Below are positions 1 through 8,624 of a stretch of DNA of 64,000 bases, one piece after another; positions within the stretch are counted from its first letter, which is position 1, and every line of letters starts with the position of its first letter. A model generated the notes under the pieces. It ran no database searches. It had not been told where the DNA came from and saw only the letters and a program-made list of their open reading frames with translations. Source of the DNA: Nitrospiraceae bacterium (lineage in GTDB: Bacteria; Nitrospirota; Nitrospiria; Nitrospirales; Nitrospiraceae); assembly GCA_050246315.1 (NCBI GenBank), contig JBFWWG010000002.1:332811-396810 (forward strand). Reading direction: 5' to 3'. Both the position numbers and the translations under genes were made by a program.

Positions 1-456
1 CTTATCAGGCGCCAAGTTGATGACGCAGTTGGAAATGATCAGATCGATCGTGTTGTCGTCCACCGGCAGCGCGTCGGCCATGCCCTTGCGGAAGTCCACG
101 TTCGAGGAGGCAAAGCCGAGGTTGGAGGCAACAATTGGCGCATTGCGGCGCGAGATCTCCAGCATCGTCTCCGTCATATCAATGCCGATTACCTGCCCGG
201 ATAACCCGACCAGCCGTGAGGCTTCGAAGCAGTCGATTCCCCCGCCGGAGCCGATGTCCAGGACCGTCTCACCGGGGCGCACCGTCTTCAATCCGGCTGG
301 CGTGCCACACCCATAGGAAATCTTGAGCACCTCTTCTGGGATAAACGTCTTCAGGTCGGCGAAATCGTAACTCGTCGGACAGCACATCTGCTCCCCCGTG
401 GCAGCAGCCCGAGCGTACCGGTCACTGACTTTCTGGGTGATTTCTTCGATCGGCAT
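1..456 (-). CDS. arsM: ArsM-like SAM-dependent methyltransferase, 5' part (runs off the window's left edge)
   Basis: Not in the ORF track because it has no stop in the window. Manual translation from ATG 456 gives MPIEEITQKVSDRYARAAATGEQMCCPTSY...ISYGCGTPAGLKTVRPGETVLDIGSGGGIDCF...VIGIDMT...DLIISNCVINLAPDK, which carries the CC, GCG, SAM-binding and SNCV motifs of arsenite methyltransferases. Confidence 0.8.
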   Translation of the reverse strand, partial: MPIEEITQKVSDRYARAAATGEQMCCPTSYDFADLKTFIPEEVLKISYGCGTPAGLKTVRPGETVLDIGSGGGIDCFEASRLVGLSGQVIGIDMTETMLEISRRNAPIVASNLGFASSNVDFRKGMADALPVDDNTIDLIISNCVINLAPDK

Positions 457-475
457 GGTCCCCTCGTCGCGACTG

Positions 476-503
476 TATATATAGAGATTCGTCTATGTGT
501 CAA
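476..503 (-). promoter_or_regulatory. Probable sigma70 promoter of the arsM-like gene, with an overlapping imperfect inverted repeat (possible ArsR/SmtB-type operator)
   Basis: Minus strand reads TTGACA (503-498), then TATATA 16 nt later. The imperfect dyad ATATATAGAG-N4-GTCTATGTGT (477-500) overlaps both elements. Confidence 0.5.
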
Positions 504-578
504 TCTTGCCCTATGAGAGCGGTCGCATCCTTGTAAATAGGTGGATAGGTCCATATACAGGGGCGCACATGGAGCTTC

Positions 579-594
579 TGTAAGCTGGCTTACA
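579..594. promoter_or_regulatory. Crp/Fnr-type box (1 of 9)
   Basis: TGTAAG-CTGG-CTTACA, a perfect 6-4-6 palindrome between the divergent arsM-like and merR genes. Confidence 0.65.
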
Positions 595-700
595 GTCACA
601 CGGCCCGCCAGTCTCTCGGCTGTGGACGCGCTGGAGTAGAGTCGGACGTTCAAGAGGATCATTACGGGTGGGAAACGAACAAACGGACACACTCCCCCCC

Positions 701-732
701 TTGACTCCGTACTGTGGTACAGGGTGTATCGT
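701..732 (+). promoter_or_regulatory. MerR-type promoter/operator
   Basis: TTGACT, a 20-nt spacer containing the dyad CCGTAC-TGTG-GTACAG, then TATCGT. This closely resembles the classical mer operator (TTGACTCCGTAC-N4-GTACGG). Confidence 0.85.
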
Positions 733-748
733 CACACATGAGGTGCAC

Positions 749-1210
749 ATGACAACCGAACTCACAATTGGGCAGCTCGCAAAGAATGTCGGGGTGAATA
801 TCGAAACGATTCGCTACTACGAGCGACGCAGCTTACTCGATCCCACCTCGCGGCTGCCGTCCGGCTACAGACTGTACAACCGCGAGGCGCAGCGACGTCT
901 CCGTTTCATCAAGAACGCCCAGGCGTTGGGTTTCACGCTCCATGAGATCGAGGAACTTCTCGATCTTCGAGTCAGGTCGAAGGCCCGGTGCGGCGATGTG
1001 CAGCGGAGGGCAGAAGCCAAGCTGAGGCACGTGGAGGCAAAAGTGCGCGACTTGCAGGCGCTGGCCAGAGCACTACGAAGCTTGCTTCACAACTGCCGGG
1101 CTGGTCAGCCAACCGATCGGTGTCCGATTCTCAAGGCTCTGGAGGATGAAAGGCACGGAAAGGGACGCATGGTGCGAAAGGAGGTGACCAGATCGGGAAG
1201 CGGACCGTAG
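749..1210 (+). CDS. merR: MerR-family heavy-metal-responsive regulator (Hg(II)-type Cys triad)
   Basis: HTH LTIGQLAK...VNIETIRYYERR...GYRLY. Cysteines in ARCGDV and HNCRAGQPTDRCPIL. SD GAGG before ATG 749. Confidence 0.88.
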   Translation: MTTELTIGQLAKNVGVNIETIRYYERRSLLDPTSRLPSGYRLYNREAQRRLRFIKNAQALGFTLHEIEELLDLRVRSKARCGDVQRRAEAKLRHVEAKVRDLQALARALRSLLHNCRAGQPTDRCPILKALEDERHGKGRMVRKEVTRSGSGP

Positions 1211-1318
1211 GGATGGCTGAGGTGAAGTCAGGGATTGATCCACACCTGCCAGGCTGTTTCACCCACTCACAACGGCAGGACATCAGACGCTTGATCACAG
1301 GAGAAAGGAGACTCCGCG

Positions 1319-1597
1319 ATGGTGACCACAAAGCGCAAGGTTGAGGTATTCACGGCCGGCTGCCCGATTTGTCATGACACGGTCGAGCTGGTCAAGTCTT
1401 TAGTCTGCCCGAGTTGCGACCTTCAGATCTACGATCTACGGGAGGGTTGCGCGACGGGCGAATGCCGGGACAAAGCGAGACGCTACGGGATCACCGCGGT
1501 CCCGGCCGTCGCGGTTAACGGAACGTTGCTGGACTGTTGCCGGCGGGAACCGATCACGGCCGAGCGCTTAAGGGCTGCTGGCGTCGGACAGGTGTGA
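1319..1597 (+). CDS. Small thioredoxin/glutaredoxin-like protein
   Basis: VEVFTAGCPIC (CxxC), GITAVPAVAVNG cis-Pro motif, extra CPSC and CC. Confidence 0.8.
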   Translation: MVTTKRKVEVFTAGCPICHDTVELVKSLVCPSCDLQIYDLREGCATGECRDKARRYGITAVPAVAVNGTLLDCCRREPITAERLRAAGVGQV

Positions 1598-1630
1598 TGG
1601 GAAGAGCGAACATCAGGGAGGAATGACTCC

Positions 1631-1891
1631 ATGAACCGGAATCGTCTCATGACTTTCGGCTTAACAGGCGCAGCGTTGACAGCACTCTGCTGTTTCACGC
1701 CGATTCTGGTCGGGCTGCTGGGTCTTGTGGGCCTGGGAGCGGTCACGGGCTACCTGGACTATGTGCTGCTCCCTGCCCTAGCCGCCTTCCTTGGCTTGGC
1801 TCTGTACAGCCTGTCTCGGCGAAACGGGGATGACGTCTCCGGCTGTTGTTCACACCATTCCGCACAAGAACACGGTAAACCGAAAGGATGA
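1631..1891 (+). CDS. merF: MerF mercury transport protein
   Basis: Signature ALCCFTPILVGLLGLVGLGAVTGYLDYVLLPAL, two TM helices, C-terminal CC. Confidence 0.9.
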   Translation: MNRNRLMTFGLTGAALTALCCFTPILVGLLGLVGLGAVTGYLDYVLLPALAAFLGLALYSLSRRNGDDVSGCCSHHSAQEHGKPKG

Positions 1892-2319
1892 CAAAAATCA
1901 TGACCGAAGAACAAAAAGAGATAAGGTCGGATCTCGAAAGTTTATTTCAAGAGCTGCGCCACCTCAGTCCGAAGGTGACCGGCGGGCTGCTGCGCATGCG
2001 ACAAGAGGCGTACCGCGACGGGGTTGTTTCCGCCAAGCATAAGCTCCTCACAGCGATGGCCATCTCGATCGCGATCCGATGTGAGCCCTGTATTCGGACC
2101 TACGTCCAAATGGCGGTTGAAAAGGGAATTGCCCAGGAAGAATTGATCGAATTCCTCGAAGTCGCCATGACCATGCAGGGTTGCCCAGGCGAGGAATGGG
2201 CATTGAAGGCCTATGCCGTGTACAAGGACTGCGTTAGTCGTCGGCCGCCTTCGGATGCATCAACCTGCTGCGAACACCAGCCTATGAGCCAAAACAAGAA
2301 TGAGGAGGGCGGGTCATGA
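1888..2319 (+). CDS. Carboxymuconolactone decarboxylase (CMD)/AhpD-family protein
   Basis: DGVVSAKHKLL...AIRCEPCI (CxxC); overlaps the merF stop codon (ATGA). Confidence 0.8.
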   Translation: MTKIMTEEQKEIRSDLESLFQELRHLSPKVTGGLLRMRQEAYRDGVVSAKHKLLTAMAISIAIRCEPCIRTYVQMAVEKGIAQEELIEFLEVAMTMQGCPGEEWALKAYAVYKDCVSRRPPSDASTCCEHQPMSQNKNEEGGS

Positions 2320-2855
2320 ACCGACAGATCGTGACCATGATACTAGCGATGTGCGTGACACTCATAGGGATCGCCGGCCTCGGCACGCAGCAGGCGACCG
2401 CAGCCAGCATCCTGATCCACATGAAGACCTCGCTGGCAGAGGACGACGCGCAAATTTGTGCTGTGCCGAATGTGGCTTGGGCGGCCGTCAAGGCGGGCCA
2501 TAAGGTGACAATTCTGGTTGATGCCAGCGCGGTGACATCAGTGACCAAGGGGTTTGGCTTTTTTCGCAGACTAATCGGTTCGGACAGTACCGCGCTCGAT
2601 CGAGCGGGGCTGCCGGAGCGAGAACGGCAGAGCGTCTCCGAACAGATGGGCGTACCCCTGGAGCAGGTCCCGCATAACTACGGGGAGTACTTTGAGATCC
2701 TCAAGAGCAAGCTGGGCGTTGAAATCTATGGCAATCAGACCATGATGCTGCTCTACAAGATCGATCCGGATCGAGTCGCCTCTTCAGTAACCCCCATTCC
2801 GCTGGAAAAGATGGTGGGCCTGTTCGTATCAGCCGATCATGCGATCGTGTACTGA
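2316..2855 (+). CDS. Exported DsrE-like protein
   Basis: N-terminal signal-like hydrophobic segment; QICAVPNVAWAAVKAGHKVTILVDASAV resembles the DsrE fold; coupled by ATGA overlap. Confidence 0.55.
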   Translation: MNRQIVTMILAMCVTLIGIAGLGTQQATAASILIHMKTSLAEDDAQICAVPNVAWAAVKAGHKVTILVDASAVTSVTKGFGFFRRLIGSDSTALDRAGLPERERQSVSEQMGVPLEQVPHNYGEYFEILKSKLGVEIYGNQTMMLLYKIDPDRVASSVTPIPLEKMVGLFVSADHAIVY

Positions 2856-2881
2856 GCTTCAACCGACAAGGAAGGGTCTGA

Positions 2882-3568
2882 TTACGGGGAGGGTATTGAA
2901 GTGAATGTCCATGTCCGGCCGAAATCGGTGCTGTGGACACGAACGGTCCGTTCACCTCGAAAGGCCTTCGACCGTATGGTGAAGGAGATGGCCCCCTGCC
3001 GGGACACCTGGATGTCTCCAAAATGGGGAGCGCGATCCCCCTGGAAATCGTAGTGGCGGCAGTCAGCTTTTCCTTTAGGAGCGCACAAATCGGGTTTCAC
3101 AACCTGATCGATCAACTCCTCCGGGAGAGACGTGGGATACCACGCTCGAAACTGTCCGCACGCATCGAAGCTCACACTCACACCATTCCCCAGCCACACC
3201 AGCGTCTGATCATCGATCACCAGATAGTTGCGGTGCTCGCGCTCAACCAGCTCTGCAGCATTTTTGGAACCGATGGCACTCCCATTCCCTAATGTGCGCC
3301 ATCCTGGGTCCTGGGTCTTGTGGCCCGGGGAGTGTGCCGTGTGCTCCGACGCACACTGAACGCGAAACACTTCACCGGTATAGTGGAGCGGAAGGTTCTC
3401 ATGGTACCGAACGACCTTCAACTTGAAGTAAGGCCCTTCATAAAACACAGCCTCGTCGAGTTTCTGCGTGGCCTGGCTGCACGAGACGAGCGCGATGTTC
3501 CAAATCGTCGTCATCACGATAATCGTGAGGAAGAACCGCCCAGGCCAAGCAATCATATGTTGTGGCAA
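2882..3568 (-). CDS. Hypothetical exported protein/lipoprotein
   Basis: 228-aa ORF with hydrophobic N-terminus and LVSC lipobox-like motif; several Cys residues. Confidence 0.65.
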   Translation of the reverse strand: MPQHMIAWPGRFFLTIIVMTTIWNIALVSCSQATQKLDEAVFYEGPYFKLKVVRYHENLPLHYTGEVFRVQCASEHTAHSPGHKTQDPGWRTLGNGSAIGSKNAAELVEREHRNYLVIDDQTLVWLGNGVSVSFDACGQFRAWYPTSLPEELIDQVVKPDLCAPKGKADCRHYDFQGDRAPHFGDIQVSRQGAISFTIRSKAFRGERTVRVHSTDFGRTWTFTSIPSP

Positions 3569-3580
3569 GACAACGCTCCC

Positions 3581-4017
3581 CTACCGCACCTGTGGCCAGC
3601 CGCGCTTCCACAAGCATTGTCCAGACGACAGATAGTCTTTAGATCGGCACCACTCAAGACACGATGCTATCGGGTAGTGCTTCGTCGTCACATACACGTA
3701 TTTTCCATTTGGTTGCTTTCGGAACACTTCCCACGGCCGGTCCTATTGCCCCATATGGAGATCTCCGAGAACGCCACGCCCTCAAATGACTCCAGGTCTT
3801 TCGTCAGGTTGCAGCGGAACAAAATCGTGTCTTGCACGCCGTTGATGAAGTAATCCTCGCCCAAGGGATATTCGGCATGTACGAAGGCTCGCAGCGCGTC
3901 TAGAGTTTCGAATTCAGCCGCATTGGCTACGCCCGTAAGCAGGAGGCCGCACCACACTGCGCTTACCACTGACCTGAGGCTGTGCCTGCAGAGGCTCAGA
4001 TCAAAAGCCATTGTCAT
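3581..4017 (-). pseudogene. Exported hypothetical protein with an apparent 1-nt frameshift near 3736
   Basis: The signal-peptide ORF 4017-3688 ends abruptly. Shifting frame at ACC GGC CG TGG continues it as GNRTGPWEVFRKQPNGKYVYVTTKHYPIASCLEWC...GWPQVR to a TAG at 3581, just before the next gene's SD. Confidence 0.5.
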
Positions 4018-4197
4018 GTCACCATTTCTCCTTGGGTGCCCCTAGTCATAAGTATAACGGATCGCCACATTGGTGATTGCCGAAGGCACCCCCTCACCGG
4101 CCCATTCATGAAGACGGCTGCAGCGTGTCCTGTAGCTCGAAGGACTGGCCCCGTGCAGAGGGTGACCCGCCTGTACGGGACCATGCGTCGTTCGCTT

Positions 4198-4554
4198 TCA
4201 GAAGGTAATGACCTGATACCCCTGTGCCACGAGCTTCTTGAAGCTGGGATGGCCTTCGAACTCGCCGGCCAGCTTGACCCCGCAGGCGACCACCTTGTCC
4301 TTCACGCCAAACGCGCCGGCGCAAAACTCGCAGGCGCCCCCGATGCGATCCTTCACCGCGACGTACAGGCCGTGCAGCCTGTGATCGGGCTTCTCTAATT
4401 CAGGAATCCACTTCGGCCCCGCTCCGTCGAAGATGAGCTGCACGTCGTCACACCCATCCTTGAACTCCTTTACCGCTTCCAGTGCGTTGACGACACGCCC
4501 CAGCCCTTCATGGGTTTCCGTATCGGCCAGCACAACAATCGCTACTTTGGACAT
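4198..4554 (-). CDS. DsrE-related protein
   Basis: MSKVAIVVLAD...GRVVNAL...VQLIFDGAG...GACEFCAGAFG...GYQVITF; SD AAGGAG. Confidence 0.8.
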   Translation of the reverse strand: MSKVAIVVLADTETHEGLGRVVNALEAVKEFKDGCDDVQLIFDGAGPKWIPELEKPDHRLHGLYVAVKDRIGGACEFCAGAFGVKDKVVACGVKLAGEFEGHPSFKKLVAQGYQVITF

Positions 4555-4676
4555 GATGCACTCCTTTCGGAAGACAGTAGGTGAATGAAGAAACCGCCTC
4601 CGCCTCATTCATTGGCCGGAGACGGCCTGAATGTCTTGATGAGTCCGCACTCTAACGCTCCTCCCATCATTCCATC

Positions 4677-4739
4677 TGTGGCCTGGCTTACAAACGCACA
4701 CGGTGCACTTTTCTTTCGCAACTCGTGAGGTGCCTTACA
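4677..4739. promoter_or_regulatory. Two Crp/Fnr-type boxes (2 and 3 of 9)
   Basis: TGTGGC-CTGG-CTTACA (4677-4692) and CGTGAG-GTGC-CTTACA (4724-4739) in a divergent intergenic region. Confidence 0.55.
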
Positions 4740-4811
4740 GATGGATGACGCACCAGCAGGTAGGATGGTGACATCGTGCGACAACACAGATCAATCACAG
4801 GAAGGTGCGGC

Positions 4812-5024
4812 ATGACGTGCGAACGATGCGAGGGCCTCATGGTAAGCGAGCTGATTTGTGATCTTCAGGAACTCAGCAGCGATCTCCGTGCGAACGGCTA
4901 TCGCTGTTTGCTCTGCGGGAATCTCGTCGATGCGGTGATTCTCGAAAATAGACGTCGTTCGACCAATGCGGTCGAGTCCATCACGGTCTACAGCCCTCGG
5001 ATGCCGCGGCTCGTGGCGGCATAA
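4812..5024 (+). CDS. Small Zn-ribbon protein
   Basis: MTCERCEGLMV...RCLLCGNLVDAVILENR: two CxxC pairs; SD GGAAGG. Confidence 0.7.
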   Translation: MTCERCEGLMVSELICDLQELSSDLRANGYRCLLCGNLVDAVILENRRRSTNAVESITVYSPRMPRLVAA

Positions 5025-5098
5025 GGCGAGAAGAACCGCCGAAGCGATCGCGCCCTTCTCACGCCTGATTGAGGGTTCATCGAGGAAGGAGATGTTCC

Positions 5099-5347
5099 AT
5101 GACACTTCAAGACGAACCGGTAATGGCCCTTCGCCTCCAACTTCACCAACTACCCTGCCCAACGTGTGGCGGTCATGAGCTGGCGCCGGTGCTTCAATGC
5201 GATTACTACCCTGACGGCTGTCTCTGGCTGGTTCGCTGCGAAACGTGCCTGGCACAGTACCATCTGGATCATCGGAGCGGGCCCCCTTGGATCGACGATG
5301 CACGGACTGTTGCGCCGGCAGGCCCGGCGGCCACTGAACATTCTTAA
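5099..5347 (+). CDS. Small Zn-ribbon protein
   Basis: CPTCGG...CETC; SD GAAGGAG. Confidence 0.65.
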   Translation: MTLQDEPVMALRLQLHQLPCPTCGGHELAPVLQCDYYPDGCLWLVRCETCLAQYHLDHRSGPPWIDDARTVAPAGPAATEHS

Positions 5348-5367
5348 CGGACAGAAGGGAGGCTCCC

Positions 5368-5829
5368 ATGCGAATCCATGATGTGATGTCCACCGGCGTG
5401 GTGACGAGTATGCCGATGGACTGCGTGCGGGAGATCGTCGTCAAAATGTTGAGCCGGCATTGCGGTGCGATTCCGATCGTGAGCGCCAATCACGAATTGC
5501 TCGGCATCGTGACCCTGCGCGATGTGATGTTGCCGATGTATCCCAACTACGGCGACTACATTCATGACGCGGTGCACAGCCGGGACTTTCTGGAGATGGA
5601 GCAGAACTATCCCGAGGTGCTGGCGAAGAAGGCCGAGGAGATCATGGTGCGTAATCCGCTGACCGTCTCGCCGGAGACGCCCATCCTCGAGGCGGCCTCC
5701 TATATGGGCCTCAAGAACTTGCGCCGCATCCCAGTCGCCGATCACGGCAAGCTCGTCGGCATGGTCAGCATCGGCGATATCCATCGCGGGCTCTTTTTCG
5801 CGCGCGGGGGTTGCGAAGCAGAGCCATGA
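5368..5829 (+). CDS. CBS-domain pair protein
   Basis: Two CBS repeats (IHDVMST...GAIPIV...GIVTLRD; EEIMVRNPLTVSPETPI...RRIPV...GMVSIGD). Confidence 0.9.
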   Translation: MRIHDVMSTGVVTSMPMDCVREIVVKMLSRHCGAIPIVSANHELLGIVTLRDVMLPMYPNYGDYIHDAVHSRDFLEMEQNYPEVLAKKAEEIMVRNPLTVSPETPILEAASYMGLKNLRRIPVADHGKLVGMVSIGDIHRGLFFARGGCEAEP

Positions 5830-6761
5830 GCGAGCCACTGGACCGATTCTGTTCCAGACCTATCTCTCGCCGAGCCATGTTGTCTCTCGGCGCGAAAGCG
5901 GCGTTCGGTTTTTGCACCGCGTTGAGCGTCCTAGGAGGCCTGTCTGCCTGCTACCGCGCTCCCGGCACGGCGCGCGACCAACTGATTTTCTTCTCGGAGG
6001 AAAAGGAGCTGCAATTTGGACTGAGCGCCTACCGGGAAGTATTGCGGCAAGCGCGGCTGTCCGAAAACGCCGAGATCAATGACGTGGTCCAGCTGGTTGG
6101 ACAGCGGATCGCCAAGGCCGCCAACAAACCCGAGTATCAGTGGGAATTTGCGGTCATCGAAGAGGATCAGATGGTCAACGCCTTCGCGCTGCCCGGCGGG
6201 AAGGTGGCGGTCTTTACCGGGATACTGAAGCACACGAAGACTGATGCGGGGCTCGCGACCGTACTAGGCCACGAGGTGGCACATGCCCTGCAGCGTCATG
6301 GTGTAGAGCGGATGAGTCGCAGCATCATCGATCAGATCGCGCAGCTGGGGGCGTTGGGGGCGGCCGCATCCGGCCATTCCAGCGGAGCGGCAATCCAGGG
6401 GTTGTTAGGGGCATACGGTGTCAATGTGTCGCTGCCCTTCAATCGAAAGCAAGAATCCGAAGCGGACTACATCGGTCTGCGACTGATGGCGCAGGCAGGT
6501 TATGACCCGCGGGAAGCAGTGCCGTTCTGGGAACGGATGAGCGGGTGTCCCAAGCAGATGATCGGAAAACTCTGTTTTCGGTCGCAACAGGCGATCCCGG
6601 AGTTTCTGTCTACGCATCCCTCGGATGTGACGCGTATCACTCAAATCGAAGCGTGGCTGCCTGAGGCGCTTCGGCACTACGACGGACCAGGGGGAGGAAC
6701 GGACCGGCCGCCACCTGCGCCCTATCGGCCCATGATAGGGCCGATGCCGCAGTCCAGCTAG
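5826..6761 (+). CDS. M48-family Zn metallopeptidase (exported lipoprotein-like)
   Basis: NAFALPGGKVAVFTG, HEVAH (HExxH), QESEADYIG, EFLSTHPS; SRRAML twin-Arg-like leader. Confidence 0.92.
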   Translation: MSEPLDRFCSRPISRRAMLSLGAKAAFGFCTALSVLGGLSACYRAPGTARDQLIFFSEEKELQFGLSAYREVLRQARLSENAEINDVVQLVGQRIAKAANKPEYQWEFAVIEEDQMVNAFALPGGKVAVFTGILKHTKTDAGLATVLGHEVAHALQRHGVERMSRSIIDQIAQLGALGAAASGHSSGAAIQGLLGAYGVNVSLPFNRKQESEADYIGLRLMAQAGYDPREAVPFWERMSGCPKQMIGKLCFRSQQAIPEFLSTHPSDVTRITQIEAWLPEALRHYDGPGGGTDRPPPAPYRPMIGPMPQSS

Positions 6762-6876
6762 TTCGCCAGGATCATCCATCTTGGCACGAGCTGTCCGACC
6801 GGGCAGAGAGAAGGGTATCGGCCTCATTCCGGTGCGAGCGGTTCAGAGCACAATTTCAACATCACGAAAGGGGGCC

Positions 6877-6975
6877 ATCTCCGACTCGCACAAGTGAAAG
6901 GACTCAGCGCGTGTCTCGGCGCGACGCAAAAGGCCGAACTGATTCGCAAGGTCACGAACGCGATCGTGTCGGAGA
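6877..6975 (+). pseudogene. Degenerate 4-oxalocrotonate-tautomerase-like remnant
   Basis: After SD AAGGGGG there is no ATG, but one frame reads LAQVKGLSACLGATQKAELIRKVTNAIVS, which resembles the 4-OT N-terminus. Confidence 0.4.
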
Positions 6976-7036
6976 ACGAGAAAGGTTTCGGCCTCGCTCC
7001 CGAGCGCAGCAACCCTTGTCAGAGGAGGAGACAGAC

Positions 7037-7447
7037 ATGAGCCAGTCAAGTTGGACTCAGAACGTGTGGCGCATTCCTCTCCTGTTTGCCGGCGATCTCA
7101 TGAAACAGCCAACATGGATTCCGATCTGGGTCTTCGCGCTGATGATCATGAATGTGGCCAGCCTCGCGTTCTGGAGCGAACCGCTGGCAAAGGTCATCTT
7201 CGTGACGTTTCTGATGTCGGCCATGCTAATGATGGGACTCTATGCCAAATTCGGGTTCGAACGGATACTCGGATTGGGTCATGTGTTCTGGATTCCATTA
7301 TTGGCGTACATCGTTGTCCAGCTTCGCCATGCCGAAGGCGAATTCCAGACGTATCTCATTATGCTCTCCCTATGTATTGGGGCGTCATTGCTGTTCGATA
7401 TTGTGGATGTCTGGAAATTCCTGTCATCAAAGAGAATGCCTCACTGA
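7037..7447 (+). CDS. Hypothetical integral membrane protein (about 4 TM)
   Basis: SD GAGGAGGAG; hydrophobic segments; RILGLGHVFWIPLL. Confidence 0.75.
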   Translation: MSQSSWTQNVWRIPLLFAGDLMKQPTWIPIWVFALMIMNVASLAFWSEPLAKVIFVTFLMSAMLMMGLYAKFGFERILGLGHVFWIPLLAYIVVQLRHAEGEFQTYLIMLSLCIGASLLFDIVDVWKFLSSKRMPH

Positions 7448-7655
7448 CATCGATCCCCCGTTGGCCTCAGTACTCGCGCCATCGTTTGTCACATCACGAA
7501 GGGAATTGAGCGGTCCACGGGTGTGCCAACTGGCATGGCTCCGAGGCCCGCTCGGCGGCGGCGATCAGCGGGATTTGTATCAGATTGGCTTGCGCCTAAG
7601 TGGCTGACGAAGATCCCCTGCGTGCGGTTTGCACGTCTCCGACGCCGACCGCAAC

Positions 7656-7671
7656 TGTAAGGCAGCTCACA
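7656..7671. promoter_or_regulatory. Crp/Fnr-type box (4 of 9)
   Basis: TGTAAG-GCAG-CTCACA upstream of the small Met-rich gene. Confidence 0.65.
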
Positions 7672-7700
7672 GCCTTCTCATGTGGTGGATGGTAATGTGC

Positions 7701-7736
7701 GCATGCATATATCGAGGCATCTAGATATATGCCTGC
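7701..7736. promoter_or_regulatory. 16-4-16 inverted repeat, candidate repressor operator
   Basis: GCATGCATATATCGAG-GCAT-CTAGATATATGCCTGC; 14 of 16 arm positions are complementary. Confidence 0.5.
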
Positions 7737-7795
7737 CCTTTCGAGATCGAAAGCGCAGCAACCTATCTCCCACTATCACAAAGGAGGGTCAGACC

Positions 7796-7921
7796 ATGTC
7801 GCTGATGTGTTCGATGGAAGGTTGCACGAGACAGCACGGGATGTGCGGGCATGAAAAAATGATGCTCGTCATGATGGTCATGCTGATGGTCGGCGGAGCG
7901 GCCTACTGGCTTCTGGGATAG
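7796..7921 (+). CDS. 41-aa Met/Cys/His-rich membrane microprotein
   Basis: SD AAGGAGG; MSLMCSMEGCTRQHGMCGHEK followed by a single TM helix. Confidence 0.6.
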   Translation: MSLMCSMEGCTRQHGMCGHEKMMLVMMVMLMVGGAAYWLLG

Positions 7922-8042
7922 CAGGCGCTGCGCTCGATCGTCCACTCGAACCACTCACCGTTTGGTACGTCCCACTGTCCGAGGCGGGCCGGATCACGGC
8001 TGAACGATCGGTTCCCGTCGTGCTTTCGGGAAGCCAAAACAA

Positions 8043-8081
8043 CGGCTGGAATTCCAGCCGGCGACTGTAAGCTGCCTCACA
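8043..8081. promoter_or_regulatory. Perfect 18-bp palindrome plus Crp/Fnr-type box (5 of 9), upstream of the bufferin operon
   Basis: CGGCTGGAATTCCAGCCG (8043-8060), then TGTAAG-CTGC-CTCACA (8066-8081). Confidence 0.6.
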
Positions 8082-8277
8082 GCGGCTAGGCCATAGGGGA
8101 GCTAAGATCCGACGACACAATCTAATCGTAGGAACACGACGAGAGAAGCCAACGAGATGGCCCACGCCAGAGAAAGGAGGGGTCCACATGATCGAGTCCT
8201 GAATCCGTCGCGATGCATCGATGTTCAGTCACGAGCCTCATTCCGAAGATCTTTCAACCTAGCAAAGGAGACCTCCC

Positions 8278-8613
8278 ATGAACGCCAACACGAAGAAGAA
8301 CGCCATGATTCACTCCGCGCTGCTCGTTGCATTCAGCCTGGCAGGGTCGCAGGCGATGGCTGCTGCTCCAAAGGTTCCGGAGCTACCTTCCGGCTGGGAG
8401 GCCTGCGGCGGGGTGGCCAAGGCCGGGATGAACGACTGTGCGGTCAAGACCAGCCTCCATTCCTGTGTGGGCATGGCCAAGAAGGACAATGAGCCCGATT
8501 CCTATGTGTTCTTGCCGAAAGGTCTGTGTGGAAAGATCGCGAACGGCACCGTACTGGCCATCACGAAAGACGATCTGGCGAAGATGAAAGAGATGATGAT
8601 GAAAAAGATGTAG
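8278..8613 (+). CDS. bufA: DUF2282-family bufferin-type RiPP precursor (BufA1-like)
   Basis: Signal peptide, then EACGGVAKAGMNDC...HSCVGMAK.D.EP...LPKGLCGKI (four-Cys DUF2282 pattern), directly upstream of DUF692. Confidence 0.85.
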   Translation: MNANTKKNAMIHSALLVAFSLAGSQAMAAAPKVPELPSGWEACGGVAKAGMNDCAVKTSLHSCVGMAKKDNEPDSYVFLPKGLCGKIANGTVLAITKDDLAKMKEMMMKKM

Positions 8614-8624
8614 GACGCGGCGCA

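Noticed and set aside
8188..8202. Mini-ORF MIES* with a strong SD upstream of bufA
   Set aside because: Four codons with no recognisable regulatory content. It could be a relic start and cannot be supported.
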